From NCBI RefSeq assembly GCF_016432865.1, contig NC_067401.1:191394001-191458000 (forward strand): a stretch of DNA of 64,000 bases, in the 5' to 3' direction. The stretch is from Antechinus flavipes (lineage: Eukaryota). The notes beneath the pieces were generated by a model that searched no databases, had not been told where the DNA came from, and was given only the letters and a program-made list of their open reading frames with translations. Position 1 is the first letter of the stretch. Each line of letters begins with the position of its first letter. Position numbers and translations under genes: made by a program. Shown one piece after another: positions 11,200 to 54,073 of this stretch.

Positions 11200-12395
11200 G
11201 TCCGATCGTCTAGACAGGGATTCCCCTTTGCTGAAAGCCTCGAAGTGTCTTGGAAAGCTGCCTGGAGAAGCCATCCCGCCCTTCGGCTCCGGTGGAATTT
11301 GTCAGGAAATCTGGAGCGTCGGTGGCTCCGCGGCGTGTGCTGGCTTGGGCAGGTCCGGCTGTAGCCGGTGCGGATGGGCTGTTAGGACTCCCAAAGCAGC
11401 CCCGTCGACCGCCCGCGAGCTCCTCGTTGGAGCACCTCATTCAAACGACCCGGGCCCCGCCCCGCTTCCTTTTCATTGGCTTTCTCTGCGTTAACGCCCC
11501 CGACTCTGGCAATTGTCCAACTGCTCCTCTTCTACCCTCGGCCCTCCTCCTTCCTCTTTGCCCCGCGCCTCCCGCCCTTCGGGGACTTAGGGGAGCTGAG
11601 TAAGGGAACACTGCGCCGACCCCCAACGGCCAGGATCCGGCAGGGCGAAGGGGGCGCGCTACCTCCGCGGATATCGCGCAAGGGTTCGGAGCGGAGAGGT
11701 GGATCTGCGCATGCGCCTTAGTCGGAGAGGCTGGATGGCAAAAGCGGAGGGGGAAGGGGGCGGACCTCGGGGCAATTAGAGGAGGGTGGGGCACGGGCAG
11801 TAGTGAGGTGGCCCTAAGGTGCGGGAATGGCCTGGTGGGGACGGTGCCAGGACAGTTTCGGGTTGTGGCGCGAGGCTCCGAGGTCTCGGCGGGGGCGGTG
11901 CCGGGGCGGGAGCAGAGCAGGGATTCCCTGCTGCCGGGGGCGGGCCGGGGCCACTCGGAGGGATTCCCCGTCGGCCTCGGCTGTCAGGTCCTGAGAGATG
12001 GGCGGGCACCCAGCTCCACCCCACCCCGCTTGGCCTTCCCGAGCAGCGTAGAGGGTAGAGTGAGATTTCCGCCTCCCACCTCCCAGCTCCTCCCTCCTTC
12101 TTAGGCCTCCCCTCCTCACTAGTCGGTCCCTCCCCTGTTTTCCTCCCTCTTTCCCTCCCTTCCTCTGCCCCTCCCTCCTCCTCCTCTTGCTGCTGCTGCT
12201 GCCGCGCCGCCGCCGCCGCCACTGCTTTGACTGCTGCGTCATACGCCCCATAACAGCCGGGCTGAGGGGCAGGGCCTGGGGACCCCTCCAGCCTCTGTCT
12301 GCCCCCTCCTCCGGACGCCTGGACACCTCGGCTCCCTTCCCGTTCCCCCCAGTGCTTCTCCCTCCCCAGCTCCCGGGCGGCTGCAGCTGTCACCG
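11200..12395 (+). promoter_or_regulatory. PHF1: PHF1 CpG-island promoter and non-coding exon 1 (donor CCG|GTAAGG after 12395)
   Basis: CpG-dense, with a perfect NRF1 site TGCGCATGCGC at 11706-11716, ATTGG at about 11476, and CTG/CCG triplet runs at about 12188-12220. Confidence 0.75.
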
Positions 12396-13245
12396 GTAAG
12401 GAGAAGGGCGCGGGGCAGGGAGGCAGAGAGGGGAGAGGGAGTCCGGTCCGAGGTGCCCCCCCAGGGGAGAGGCGTTGGTCCTAGGTGGGGGTAAGAGGCT
12501 CCCCTTGGCTCCCATCCCACCCCACCCCCTTATCTTCCCCACCCAACCTCTCTTATCACCTGCATCCTGAAACCCCCTTGCTGATGGAGGTTGTCTCATA
12601 TTACCTCCAGGTTTGCCCTATCTCGGGGAGTAGAGATTGGGACCGGGACACACCCCCCTCCCTAGGTACTCGGGGAAGTTATTTACCCTACCCTACCTAC
12701 CCCCGCCTTAGAGAACCTCATTTTAGGGGGACTTAGGAATAGGAAGATTCTTTAGAATGGATTGGAGGGAATTTCATTAGAGGACCGACCCTCCCCCCCC
12801 CCCCCCCCCCCGAAAAAGCAGGTTGTCCGAACTCTGACATTTCAAATCAAGAGAAATTCGGAGATTAAGCCATCTAGAATATAGGGATGGGACAAGGGCC
12901 TGAGGGGAGGCCTCTCTTTCTCCAATTCATCATTCTCTTAAAATCCTTGCACCCAAGTGAGAAACTGCCTGGGAGAACCAATCCCTTTGGGAATCATGGG
13001 AATGAAAGACTAGAAAATCAGGTGTCTGTATATTCTCTCTCTAGAATCTTAAATCTTGGTCGCTGGGTTGGAGGAACTAAAAAAGAAGAATATGTAGTTT
13101 TGTGATGTCCAACTGGGGGACAATAATGAGAAGTCTGGAATCTTGATTACTTGCATACTTTTGAAGAGGCCAAACAGGGAATGGTGATTAGAGGTGGGAG
13201 GAGGTAACTCTTCCCCAATTGTCGTGCCAGGCTCCCCAGGATGCA

Positions 13246-16200
13246 ATGGCGCAGCCCTCCCGGCTGAGCCGATCTGCTGCCCCACAACCCTGGGAAACCA
13301 CTCCCCCAGCCCCTTCCCCAGGTACCAGACCACGGCTTTGGGAGGGGCAAGATGTTCTGGCCAGATGGACTGATGGACTGCTATACCTGGGAACTATCAA
13401 GAAGGTGAAATCTAAACTTCTGACCTCAACCTCAATTACACTTTTCTCGTGCAATATTAACTCCTTTCCATCTTCTTGATTTATTTCAAGCCTGTCCCTT
13501 TCTCAGCATTCATTCTTTCTCTCTTCTCTCAGGTGGATAGTGCTCGAGAGGTGTGTCTAGTCCAGTTTGAAGATGATTCCCAGTTTCTGGTTCTATGGAA
13601 AGACATTAGTCCTGGTGAGATGCAAGGGAGTTTGGTCCCTAAAAGAAAGCAGGGACTGGGGACCAGAAGCCTTAATTTTAAGCATAATGAATGGGGCCAG
13701 AGTCAGAAAGCCTTTGTTTTTTCATCTTTAGCTGCCCTCCCTGGAGAAGAACTCTTGTGCTGTGTCTGTCGATCTGAATCTGTTGTCCCTGGGAATCGGT
13801 TGATCAGCTGTGAGAAATGTAGACATGGTAAGGAATGACCTTTGACCGCTCTGAATCTGTTTTGGGATAACATCTCCATAGCATATTTCTATGATTTTCT
13901 TTCCATCATTCCCTTTTTCCTCCATTTCTTATGCCTATAATCCTAAATCTTTTCCCCTAGTCATTCTTCTTAATACTTTAACCTCAGCCCTCCATGATTC
14001 TTCTTCTTGCTCCTCAGCATATCACCAGGATTGCCACATTCCAAGAGCCCCAGCACCAGGAGAAGGAGATGGCCCATCCCCTTGGGTCTGCAGACAGTGT
14101 GTCTTTGCAATTGCCACCAAGGTACAGGGATCACTCCTCTCCATGGTAGATAACACTGACTTTTGTCTATAGTGACCTCTCACCTCATCCCCAAGCTGTT
14201 CTCTTTTAGTGCCACCAAATTATCTCGATATATCTGTCTCTGCAGAGGGGAGGTGCCCTGAAGAAGGGTCCTTATGCACGGGCAATGCTGGGCATGAAGT
14301 TGTCTCTACCGTATGGGCTGAAAGGGCTGGACTGGGATGCAGGACATCTGAGCAACCGGCAGCAGAGCTACTGTTACTGCGGGGGTCCTGGGGAGTGAGT
14401 CAGAAAAAGGAAGAAAGGAATGGGGAGGGTTTCTGGAGGGGCGGTAATAGCATTGAGTCAAAGTGGGTGCTAGGAAGAGATTTTGGGGAAGGGGACCTAG
14501 CTGTAATAACAGAAGCAATATGGCAGGTGATCAGCCATGGAGGTAGAATAACTTCAGGCCTCACTTTGTATTTTCTTCCAGGTGGAATCTAAAGATGCTA
14601 CAATGTCGGAGTTGCCTCCAATGGTTTCATGAGGCCTGCACTCAATGTCTAAGCAAACCTCTCTTATATGGGGACAGGTGAGCTGCAGGGAACAGATGGA
14701 GATGGGGCACATGTGGGCTGAAAGGCACTGGGTCTCCCCAGCACGACTGCAGGTCGGCTGCAAGTCACTAGGGAGACAGAGCACATGTGAGTTTCAGGGC
14801 AAGTTGTAAAGCAATGGAGGGACAAAGGGGGGCTAATTCTTTAATGTTTATCATTGATCCAGGCTACATCTTCTCTTTTCTTCCTTACTTCCAACTACTT
14901 TATCTCCCTTGTCCCCATCTCTTTCCCCTATTTTTATTAACTCCTCCACTTCTTTATTCACTACTCATTTCCAGGTTTTACGAGTTTGAGTGTTGTGTCT
15001 GCAGAGGGGGACCTGAAAGTGTCAAGAGACTTCAGCTTCGATGGTGAGCTAGATCTGGGGGATAATCTTTGAGGTTTCCTTGTCTATTACCAACCTTCAT
15101 GTCAACAAATTCATCAAGTAATTTCTCTGGGCCTGCAGGCTCTGGGCTGCCAGTACAAAGAGTCTGTGTCCTCAAGGAGCTTATGGTCCAAAGGGGAAGG
15201 CAATATGCAAACCACCATGGATGAATCAGATAAAGGCTGGATAAACTGGAGATAATCTCAGGAGATAATAGCATTAAACTGAGCACAGAAGGTGAAATTT
15301 ATTCCTCACAACCACTTAACTGTGGTCCTATATTTTTCTGTAGGGTGGATGTTGCACATCTTGTCCTCTATCACCTTAGTGTTTGCTGTAAAAAGAAATA
15401 TTTTGACTTTGACCGTGAGATCCTGCCATTCACTTCAGAGAACTGGGACAGCTTACTCCTTGGGGAGGTAAAGTGGGAAGGGGAGGGTGTTTTTGAGTGG
15501 GAAAAGGGGGGAGGAAAAGCTAGGAGAGGATTTATTATAGCTATTAACTTGCTCCCTTCTCCAGCTCTCAGATACTCCTAAGGGAGAGCGTTCCTCCCAA
15601 CTTCTCTCTGCTCTAAACAGCCACAAAGACCGGTAAGTGATAGCAGTGTGGGGTGGTGTAGTACATCTGGAGTCCACAGAATGAGATAGAGGTTTGGAGC
15701 TGAGAAGATATTTAGCTACAAATGGAGAGAAGTTTTTGTCTCTGGAAGGGACAGGCTAATATGTCTTTTCTGGTCTGCTATTTTCCCCATATAGGTTTAT
15801 CTCTGGGAAAGAGATTAAAAAACGAAAATGTCTGTTTGGGCTTCATGCTCGGGCTCCTCCCCCTGTGGAATCCCCTACTGGAGATGGAGCACATACCAGG
15901 TCACTGGCCCAGGGAGGGAGGGGGAACATTCTCTGGGATTTATTTGGGGAAAATATATCTCTGGCGGTGTTCAGGCGGGAGCTGGGGGGGTAAGGAGGCC
16001 TCTTACAGCTTCCCTTCAGGGCAGGGCCCGGGGGTGGGTGTCTCATGCCCCCTGGGGAAGCGTCAGCGACTGGAGCCTCGGAAGAAGAAATCACCAAAGG
16101 GGAAGGAAGAAGAATTGGGGGAATCCCAGGAGAGCCGGCATCGGCCAGAGCCCAGGGAGCAGAGGGAGCGGGCTCGTCTTCGGAGGGCGCTGCAGGTAAA

Positions 16201-17392
16201 AAGGATGTGGGACACTAAAATGGAATTAGGAAAGAGGTAGCATACTTGTGTGCTAGATTTGGGTCAGGATTTTGATTTGACTTCTGATAACTTTCTAAGT
16301 ATGTGACTATGGGCTTAATACCTCTATGACCTTCAGTGTCCTTTTCTGTAAAATACTAACTCTAGCACATTCACAGTAGGGTTATTGTAAGGCTCAAATG
16401 AAATCAATGAAAATTATTTTGAAAATGTAATGTCAAAATTATTTTAAAAAAAAAAAAAAAAACCGGGTTGAGAATCTCTCCCTACCGTTACCCCTCCAAC
16501 TTCTTTGCAGGCTTCAGTGTCTCCACCTCCTCCCAGCCCTAACCAGAGCTACCAGGGCAGCAGTGGCTACAATTTCCGGCCCACGGATGCCCGCTGCCTG
16601 CCCAGGTGAGTTGTTCCTTTTCCTCAATTACAACTCCCTGGAACCTTACCCAAGCACATACCACTCCCCATCATTTCCATAGAGGGAGACTTTCAGCAGC
16701 TTCCTCACCTATCCATATTGATTGGGAGGAGGGCAGTGTTTGGGCTCTAGTTTTCCCTTTGAATATTTTGCTATGGGGAGGTTGAGCCCATCCTACCCAA
16801 GTGACCCTACCCCACACAACTTCAGCAGCCCCATCCGGATGTTCGCCTCCTTCCATCCCTCGGCCAGCACTGCAGGAACCCCTGGGGATGGAGAGCCCCC
16901 AGACAGGTGAGGACCCCCCCCCAATCCTATGTGCTTGTGATTCCCCCTTCCCTCAAATTCTCGGGTATCTTCCCATTTCTTTTCCTATATACTTGAATCC
17001 CTGAATATATATGCCCATGATTTCATTGTTTGTTTTTTTCTGTAACAAAAACCATATTCTCTGTTTGAAGTAGGATAAATCTGCTTTTACCCTTTCCCCA
17101 TAGGTCACCCTTGGACCTTCAAGTTGCTGGTTTTCCTTCAGATTCCCCAAGGAGTGTTCCCCACTCAACATCATCTTCGTCCCCAGATCCCTCCCCCGTT
17201 CCCTCGCGAAGATCAGTTCCCCAGGGTCCTTCCCCTCTATGTCGTGGCTTATCTCCTGGAGCTAGTGTGGGCACTCGGGTAGGGGCTGGGTACTTGTCTC
17301 GGGGAGACCCTGTCCGTGTGCTTGCCCGGAGGGTTCGACCAGATGGCTCAGTGCAGTACCTTGTAGAGTGGGGTGGGGGAGGTATCTTCTGA
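13246..17392 (+). CDS. PHF1: PHD finger protein 1 (Polycomb-like 1), 14 coding exons, 567 aa
   Basis: Exons 13246-13404, 13533-13614, 13732-13827, 14018-14121, 14246-14394, 14582-14677, 14975-15043, 15344-15467, 15565-15632, 15795-15899, 16009-16195, 16511-16605, 16826-16906, 17104-17392 total 1704 nt. Tudor ([17 protein letters not shown]), two PHD fingers, winged-helix region ([11 protein letters not shown]) and C-terminal [29 protein letters not shown]. Confidence 0.97.
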
Positions 17393-17717
17393 AAGGAGGA
17401 GCTGTTTGTTCCTCCTCTCCTTGACCCTTAATTCACATACATCCAACAGGCACTTTCACATCCTGACTTCTGACCTCACCTGCAGCTGGGATGTACCTGG
17501 GGGGTGGTCTGGAGTAGGAATCCTTCCCTACTAGTCAGACTGGAGTCAGGTGGGGAGGGGCCCCTTTCTTCCTCAACCACCCTTCCATATTCCTGACCTT
17601 ACAGCCTTTTTCCCATTTCTCATATTTTGTTACAGCTTTTTTTATATTTTTAAAAGTTATTTAACCCCGAAGGGGAGAGGGAACAGAATAGGGAATCCTA
17701 GGCTCTGTATGGTTGGA

Positions 17718-17723
17718 AATAAA
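17718..17723 (+). terminator. PHF1: PHF1 polyadenylation signal AATAAA
   Basis: AATAAA 326 nt after the stop codon. Confidence 0.7.
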
Positions 17724-17860
17724 GATAAATATATACCCCTTCAGAAACTTGAATTATATTGATACAGAAGATGGAAGGAATGGGTTGGGGCTTATTATTA
17801 TACCCTCACTTTATACTAATAGCAAATAAGGAAAAGGTCAAGAGGCATCTGGGGATAGGG

Positions 17861-17866
17861 TTTATT
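17861..17866 (-). terminator. CUTA: CUTA polyadenylation signal (AATAAA on minus strand)
   Basis: TTTATT on the plus strand, about 65 nt beyond the CUTA stop codon. Confidence 0.65.
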
Positions 17867-17931
17867 TAAAGAAAGTGAAAATGTAAAAGTTATCAGGTAT
17901 CAGTAGGCTCAGAAGTCCATCAAAATAGTCA

Positions 17932-19055
17932 TCATTGATGAGTGGTGGTGCTATCTTTTACCCAGTGAAGGTATGGGAGATTGCCCTGTTGCACAGGCAA
18001 TGTAATGACTTCAACCACTTCATATGGGTGAACAGTACTAGAGGAAGAGGAAAGATCAAGAGTTGAACAGTATTTTCTCATCCACCTGGAAATACACCCA
18101 GGATTCATGTCTAATTCCCACAAAAAACTATTGATATACTCACCGAATAAATTCTGTCAAGGATGGAGCCAAGGCAGTTTGAGTCTTCATCATCTGGAAT
18201 ATATAGAGGACTAGATCAGTAAACTGGATGAGAACAGGAGCTAAAATATTGGGAAAAGAGCTGGAAGATGAAAGATCTTACCATCATCACCTCACTGTCT
18301 TCCTCAATCTTCCCTTTCCATTCATAGCTGAAAGACAACAGGACGAATTACTGGGGGGTGAAGGGAGGGGGAATTATGCACACTCTCTAGGAAATCTCTC
18401 CACACCTTCCCAATGACTTACACAGATGTAATCTGAGGTACTAGATTGACACAGGCAGCCAGTCGCTTTTCCACCACAGACCTGGAAATGAAGTCCAGTT
18501 TATATCGGATCCCTCGTCTCCAACTTTCCTCCTTCCCCCTAAATGTCAGACCCCTTACCTCCAGCCCGCTCCGCGCCCCTCCCCCCCCACCTGGCAATAT
18601 TCTTGGCGATCTTGTCATTGGGGCAGGTGACAAAGACGACAGAGACGGAGCCAGCGATGTAGTCCGAGCCAGTGGGGACCGAGGCTTCGGGCGACCCTGT
18701 GGCCATGGAGAGAGCTCGGGAGAGCAGGCGGAGACAGGGGTGCGTGGAGAGCAGAGAGTGCATCCACAGAAAGGCCAGAAACGCTGCCTGTAAGTGGGGG
18801 GCGCGTTGAAAGGAGGAACCCCACCTCCGGGTCCCCAGCTCTGGCCTGAGAACACCGAAACTGATAAGCGCCCTGTCCCTCCACAACCCGGATTATTTCC
18901 TAGGCTGGTAAACAAGCCACAGATTCTTGCCCAAAAGGGGACGGTGAGATCGATTTTGAGGCTGGATGGGCAAGTTCAGTTATCTTCGAAAAGGGGTGGG
19001 GATCATCACTCACCACTCCGCCGAGCCAGACAAGGGGTCCCCGCCCCACTAACAT
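17932..19055 (-). CDS. CUTA: CutA divalent cation tolerance homolog, 6 coding exons, 166 aa
   Basis: Minus-strand exons 19055-19014 ([14 protein letters not shown]), 18787-18591, 18481-18422, 18327-18282, 18193-18144, 18037-17932 total 501 nt. CutA1 motifs [52 protein letters not shown]. Confidence 0.95.
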
Positions 19056-19069
19056 GCAGCCTAGGCCCA

Positions 19070-19650
19070 CCTAAGATAGACGGGGTTAAAGGTCACGTCG
19101 CAGAAAAGGAGTAAAACGTCCCAGAGGCTGGTCCAGAAAAAAAAAAGAAACCGTTCCTGTAAGGCGGCCACGTGACAGGAAAGCCCGAATCTTCACCACA
19201 CAATGTGACGAAGGAAGCGTCTAGTTCACTGCTCCACCCCAATCCCAGAAGTCCCTGTTTCTCGATTTTCCTCCGCTCTCAAGAGGAGGAAAACCATGAG
19301 AGGAAAGAGCAAGAATTAGCCAATCAGGAGATGAATGCATTGACACGTGCCATCCCCTCCTCCGCCTCTGAATGACCGTTAAAAATCATTTGCCCGAGAG
19401 CCAAACTCGTTGCGGGCTTCTCTCGTCACGTGATGTAGGAGGCCGGAGAGTGACGAAAACAGTCCTAGGGGAGGGAAGAGGAGGGACTGATAGTTATTTC
19501 CAGCCAAAGTAGGGCTTCTGCGTGAGATGGGAGCCAGCTAATCCTAAACCAAGTCCTCATGCCACGTGACATTGGTTGGGGCGGAGGAATAGGAGCAGGA
19601 AACTCCTCCCAGTTCCTGCGTCACTATTGGGTGGACCGTCGTGACATCCA
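19070..19650 (-). promoter_or_regulatory. CUTA: CUTA promoter CpG region with clustered CACGTG E-boxes and CCAAT boxes
   Basis: CACGTG at 19169, 19344, 19427 and 19563; CCAAT at about 19320; ATTGG at 19571. Confidence 0.7.
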
Positions 19651-20639
19651 GTATGGATTAGAACTGGCTGGTACTAACTTTTTCCACTAACAATTAGTAA
19701 AACTGGCCAGAGAGTGATAAGATCTGAAGGAATAAGGAGAAGTCGCATAGTTGCAAGGGAGATGTTACACCTTTGGTGAAGAGAAGGTTGCAGCGTTCCT
19801 TGCAGTTCAGGACCTCGATTTATGGGCTAGAGGCAGGGAGGCTCTGGCCTCATTTTCCTAATCTGCAAACTGAAAGGATCGAGTTCTGAATACTTGTGAT
19901 ATTGTAACCGTAGGTGTGACCCAGGAGAAACTCAAATGGCTAAATGCTAGGGAGAAAATATTAGGGTGGAGTCCAGAGCGAATTTTGGGGATCGGGAGTG
20001 TGAAAAGAGAGGAGAGGGCTTTGCATGCATTCGGAGCTCGAGATCACTGAATTATTCGTGAGACGGGGTTTGTGCCTCCTTTCCCCCATAGTCAGATTTC
20101 AGAATTCTTTGAAGACTAACATTTTAAAATTATGTATCGGAGGGTAGAAGGAACAAGACGTGAACCCAAAAGGCTTGAGTCCTGAATGTTGCCTGTCATT
20201 TTTTGTAACCTTTAACAAGTCAACCTCTTTGAGTCTTACTTTCCTTAGCTATAAAAAGCTAACATTTATATTACTCACCTCTCAGGGTTACTGTGGACAA
20301 ACACATTAACTCTTAAATATAAGCCGAAGGTGCAGTGGACAGTATCTTGAGTCAGGAAGACAGTTCAAATTCTACCTGACATTTACTGCATGAACATGGA
20401 CAAATCACTTAACTTCTTTCAGCTTCAGTATCCTTATCTGTAAGATGAAAAGGTAGTGGTAATAGTTGAGGTACTGCAAATCTTGAATAACTATGGTGAT
20501 GATACAAATGGCATATAGAAGCAACATGTTAATAGTGAAATTTGAACCTGAGTTCAAATATAGCTAATGACATTAGCTGTGTGACACTGGGCAAGTCACT
20601 TGCCCTGAGGGTCATAAAACTCTCTAAAACTTATCCCCA

Positions 20640-20799
20640 GAGGCAGCTAGATGGTGAAATGGATAGAGCTGTGGCCCTGGAGTTAGATTGCCTTAGTTAA
20701 AATGCAGTCTCAGACTTAATACTTCCTAGCTGTGTGACTCTGGACAAGTCACTTAACCCTAATTGCCTGCAAAAATAAAATTAAAAATTAAAATTAATG
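20640..20799 (+). mobile_element. WSINE1-like SINE with 12-bp target-site duplication
   Basis: ggcagctagatggtg...cttaaccctaattgcctgc plus A-tail, flanked by aaacttatcccc at 20627-20638 and 20800-20811. Confidence 0.85.
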
Positions 20800-21204
20800 A
20801 AACTTATCCCCTAAGAAAATTTCTCCCTAAGGTTTCTTGGCATGCTGTAAATACTGGTAGCACCTTTGTGGTAAAATTACTGGTAGGCACAGAGAATAAA
20901 AAATAATCTTCACATTTCCTGATTTTAAGGAGCTTACAGTCTAATAAGAGATAGGTGTGCCATAAATACAATTTAGGTGAAATTAAATTCAGCTAATATT
21001 AAAGACCAGCTGTGATGTTATGCAATTGGGTATTATGGAAAGAAAGATGAAGAATCACACTCATTGTACTCAAGTTTAAATCTAGTAGAGGGGAATAAGA
21101 TGCACAAAAAAAAGATACAAGGTTATATGATAAGAGACAAGAGGAAGAATTAAGACAATTTAAGAAAACAAATAAATGGAGCATTGGGCCTGTGACTCCA
21201 AGAG

Positions 21205-21445
21205 AACCAGGAAGCCTGAGTTCAAATCCAGTCTCATATACTTCCTACAGATGTGACCCTTGGCAAATCACTTGACCCTTAACTGCTGCATGGATTATTG
21301 CCTTATCTTGGTGATAGTCCTAGCTGACAAAAGATTATCCACTGGAGAAAGAAATGAAGGCAAGCAACTCCAATATCTTTACCAAGAAAATTCTCATGGA
21401 TTGTCATGGGGTCATAAATCATTGGACATAACTGAACAAGTCACT
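21205..21445 (+). mobile_element. MAR1-type CORE-SINE with RTE-derived 3' tail
   Basis: cctgagttcaaatccagtctc...ggcaaatcacttgaccctt core, then ggagaaagaaatg...ctccaatatctttaccaagaaaa...ggggtcat...acataactgaacaa tail. Confidence 0.7.
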
Positions 21446-22563
21446 GTGCCTCATTTTCTTCATCTGAAATTTCCAGCTCTGATATATTGGAAACTTTGTG
21501 GTCTATAGTGGGTTGGGAAAGCATAGAGATGGTGGCATTTGAGCTAGACCACAACTTTGTGAAGATTGCTGGAAAAGGAAAGGGAAAATATTGGACAGAT
21601 CACATAGGGAAACTTGGGTGATAATGGTGCTTCAGGACATCCTTCAACTCCATCCTTCCTGAACTCCACCTATTCCAGCTACCCTCTCCTTCCCCCACTT
21701 AAGATCTTTAACCTACCATATTCCACATGGATCCAAGGACTGCCCTACATTCTTTCCCTGGGACTCGGGCACATCTCATGACCCCAAAATTGAGAGGGAA
21801 TCGAGATAGATGAGAGGTGGAGGCAGGAGAGAAGCTTCTTACCCCCAAATAACAGTCTAATATATCATTGGTCTCTAGTCGTTATCTTTAAAAACTCTTT
21901 GGGATCTGGGATCTCTCTTGGATTAAGTAGCTCTCTTAATAAGGTCTCCTTGTTTGAGAGGGATCTGTGTCAGGGGAATCCAACTCATCCTAAATCTGGA
22001 ATCTAGAATGTCTGAGATTTCTCTTTGCATCTGAGGGGCTTAGTTTCTTAGATCTTTCACAGATCTCCCCTTGGGTCTAGAGTTTCAGTTTTGGAGATCT
22101 GTCTCTGAAATCTCTGGGTCTGATGTCTCAGATCTTTTTTCACTGGGTCTGAAATCTCTCCTAATTCCCTCCTCTGAGTCTCTGTCATTAGTCTCTCCAG
22201 ATCTGGTTTCTCTTTTCTTCAGGTTTCTATCTTTCTCTGGGCCTGGGGTCTCTTTATTTGGCATCTCTTATTTCTGAGTCAGGGGTCCCTGTCTTTGATT
22301 CTCTCTGGGTAGGGGTGGGGGCTGCAGTGCATCTCCACCTCCTCCTGCTCTCTCCTCTCTGTTCCCCCGCCCCCCTCTCTCTCTGCTGCTGCCGCTGCTG
22401 TTGGCTCCTTTTCTCCTCCTCCTCCTCCTCTCTCCTCCTCTCTGCTCCTCTCTGCTCCTCTCTCCTCCTCTCCTCCTCCTCCTTCTCCCCCTCTTTCTTT
22501 CTCTCCCCCTCTCTCTTCTCTTTCTCCCCTGTTTCCCCCCCCCGCCCCCTCCCCCCAGGCCTG

Positions 22564-54073
<31,510 letters not shown>

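Noticed and set aside
11210-12520. Many overlapping Pro/Gly/Arg-rich ORFs in the PHF1 promoter
   Set aside because: Typical CpG-island artefacts with no recognisable protein.
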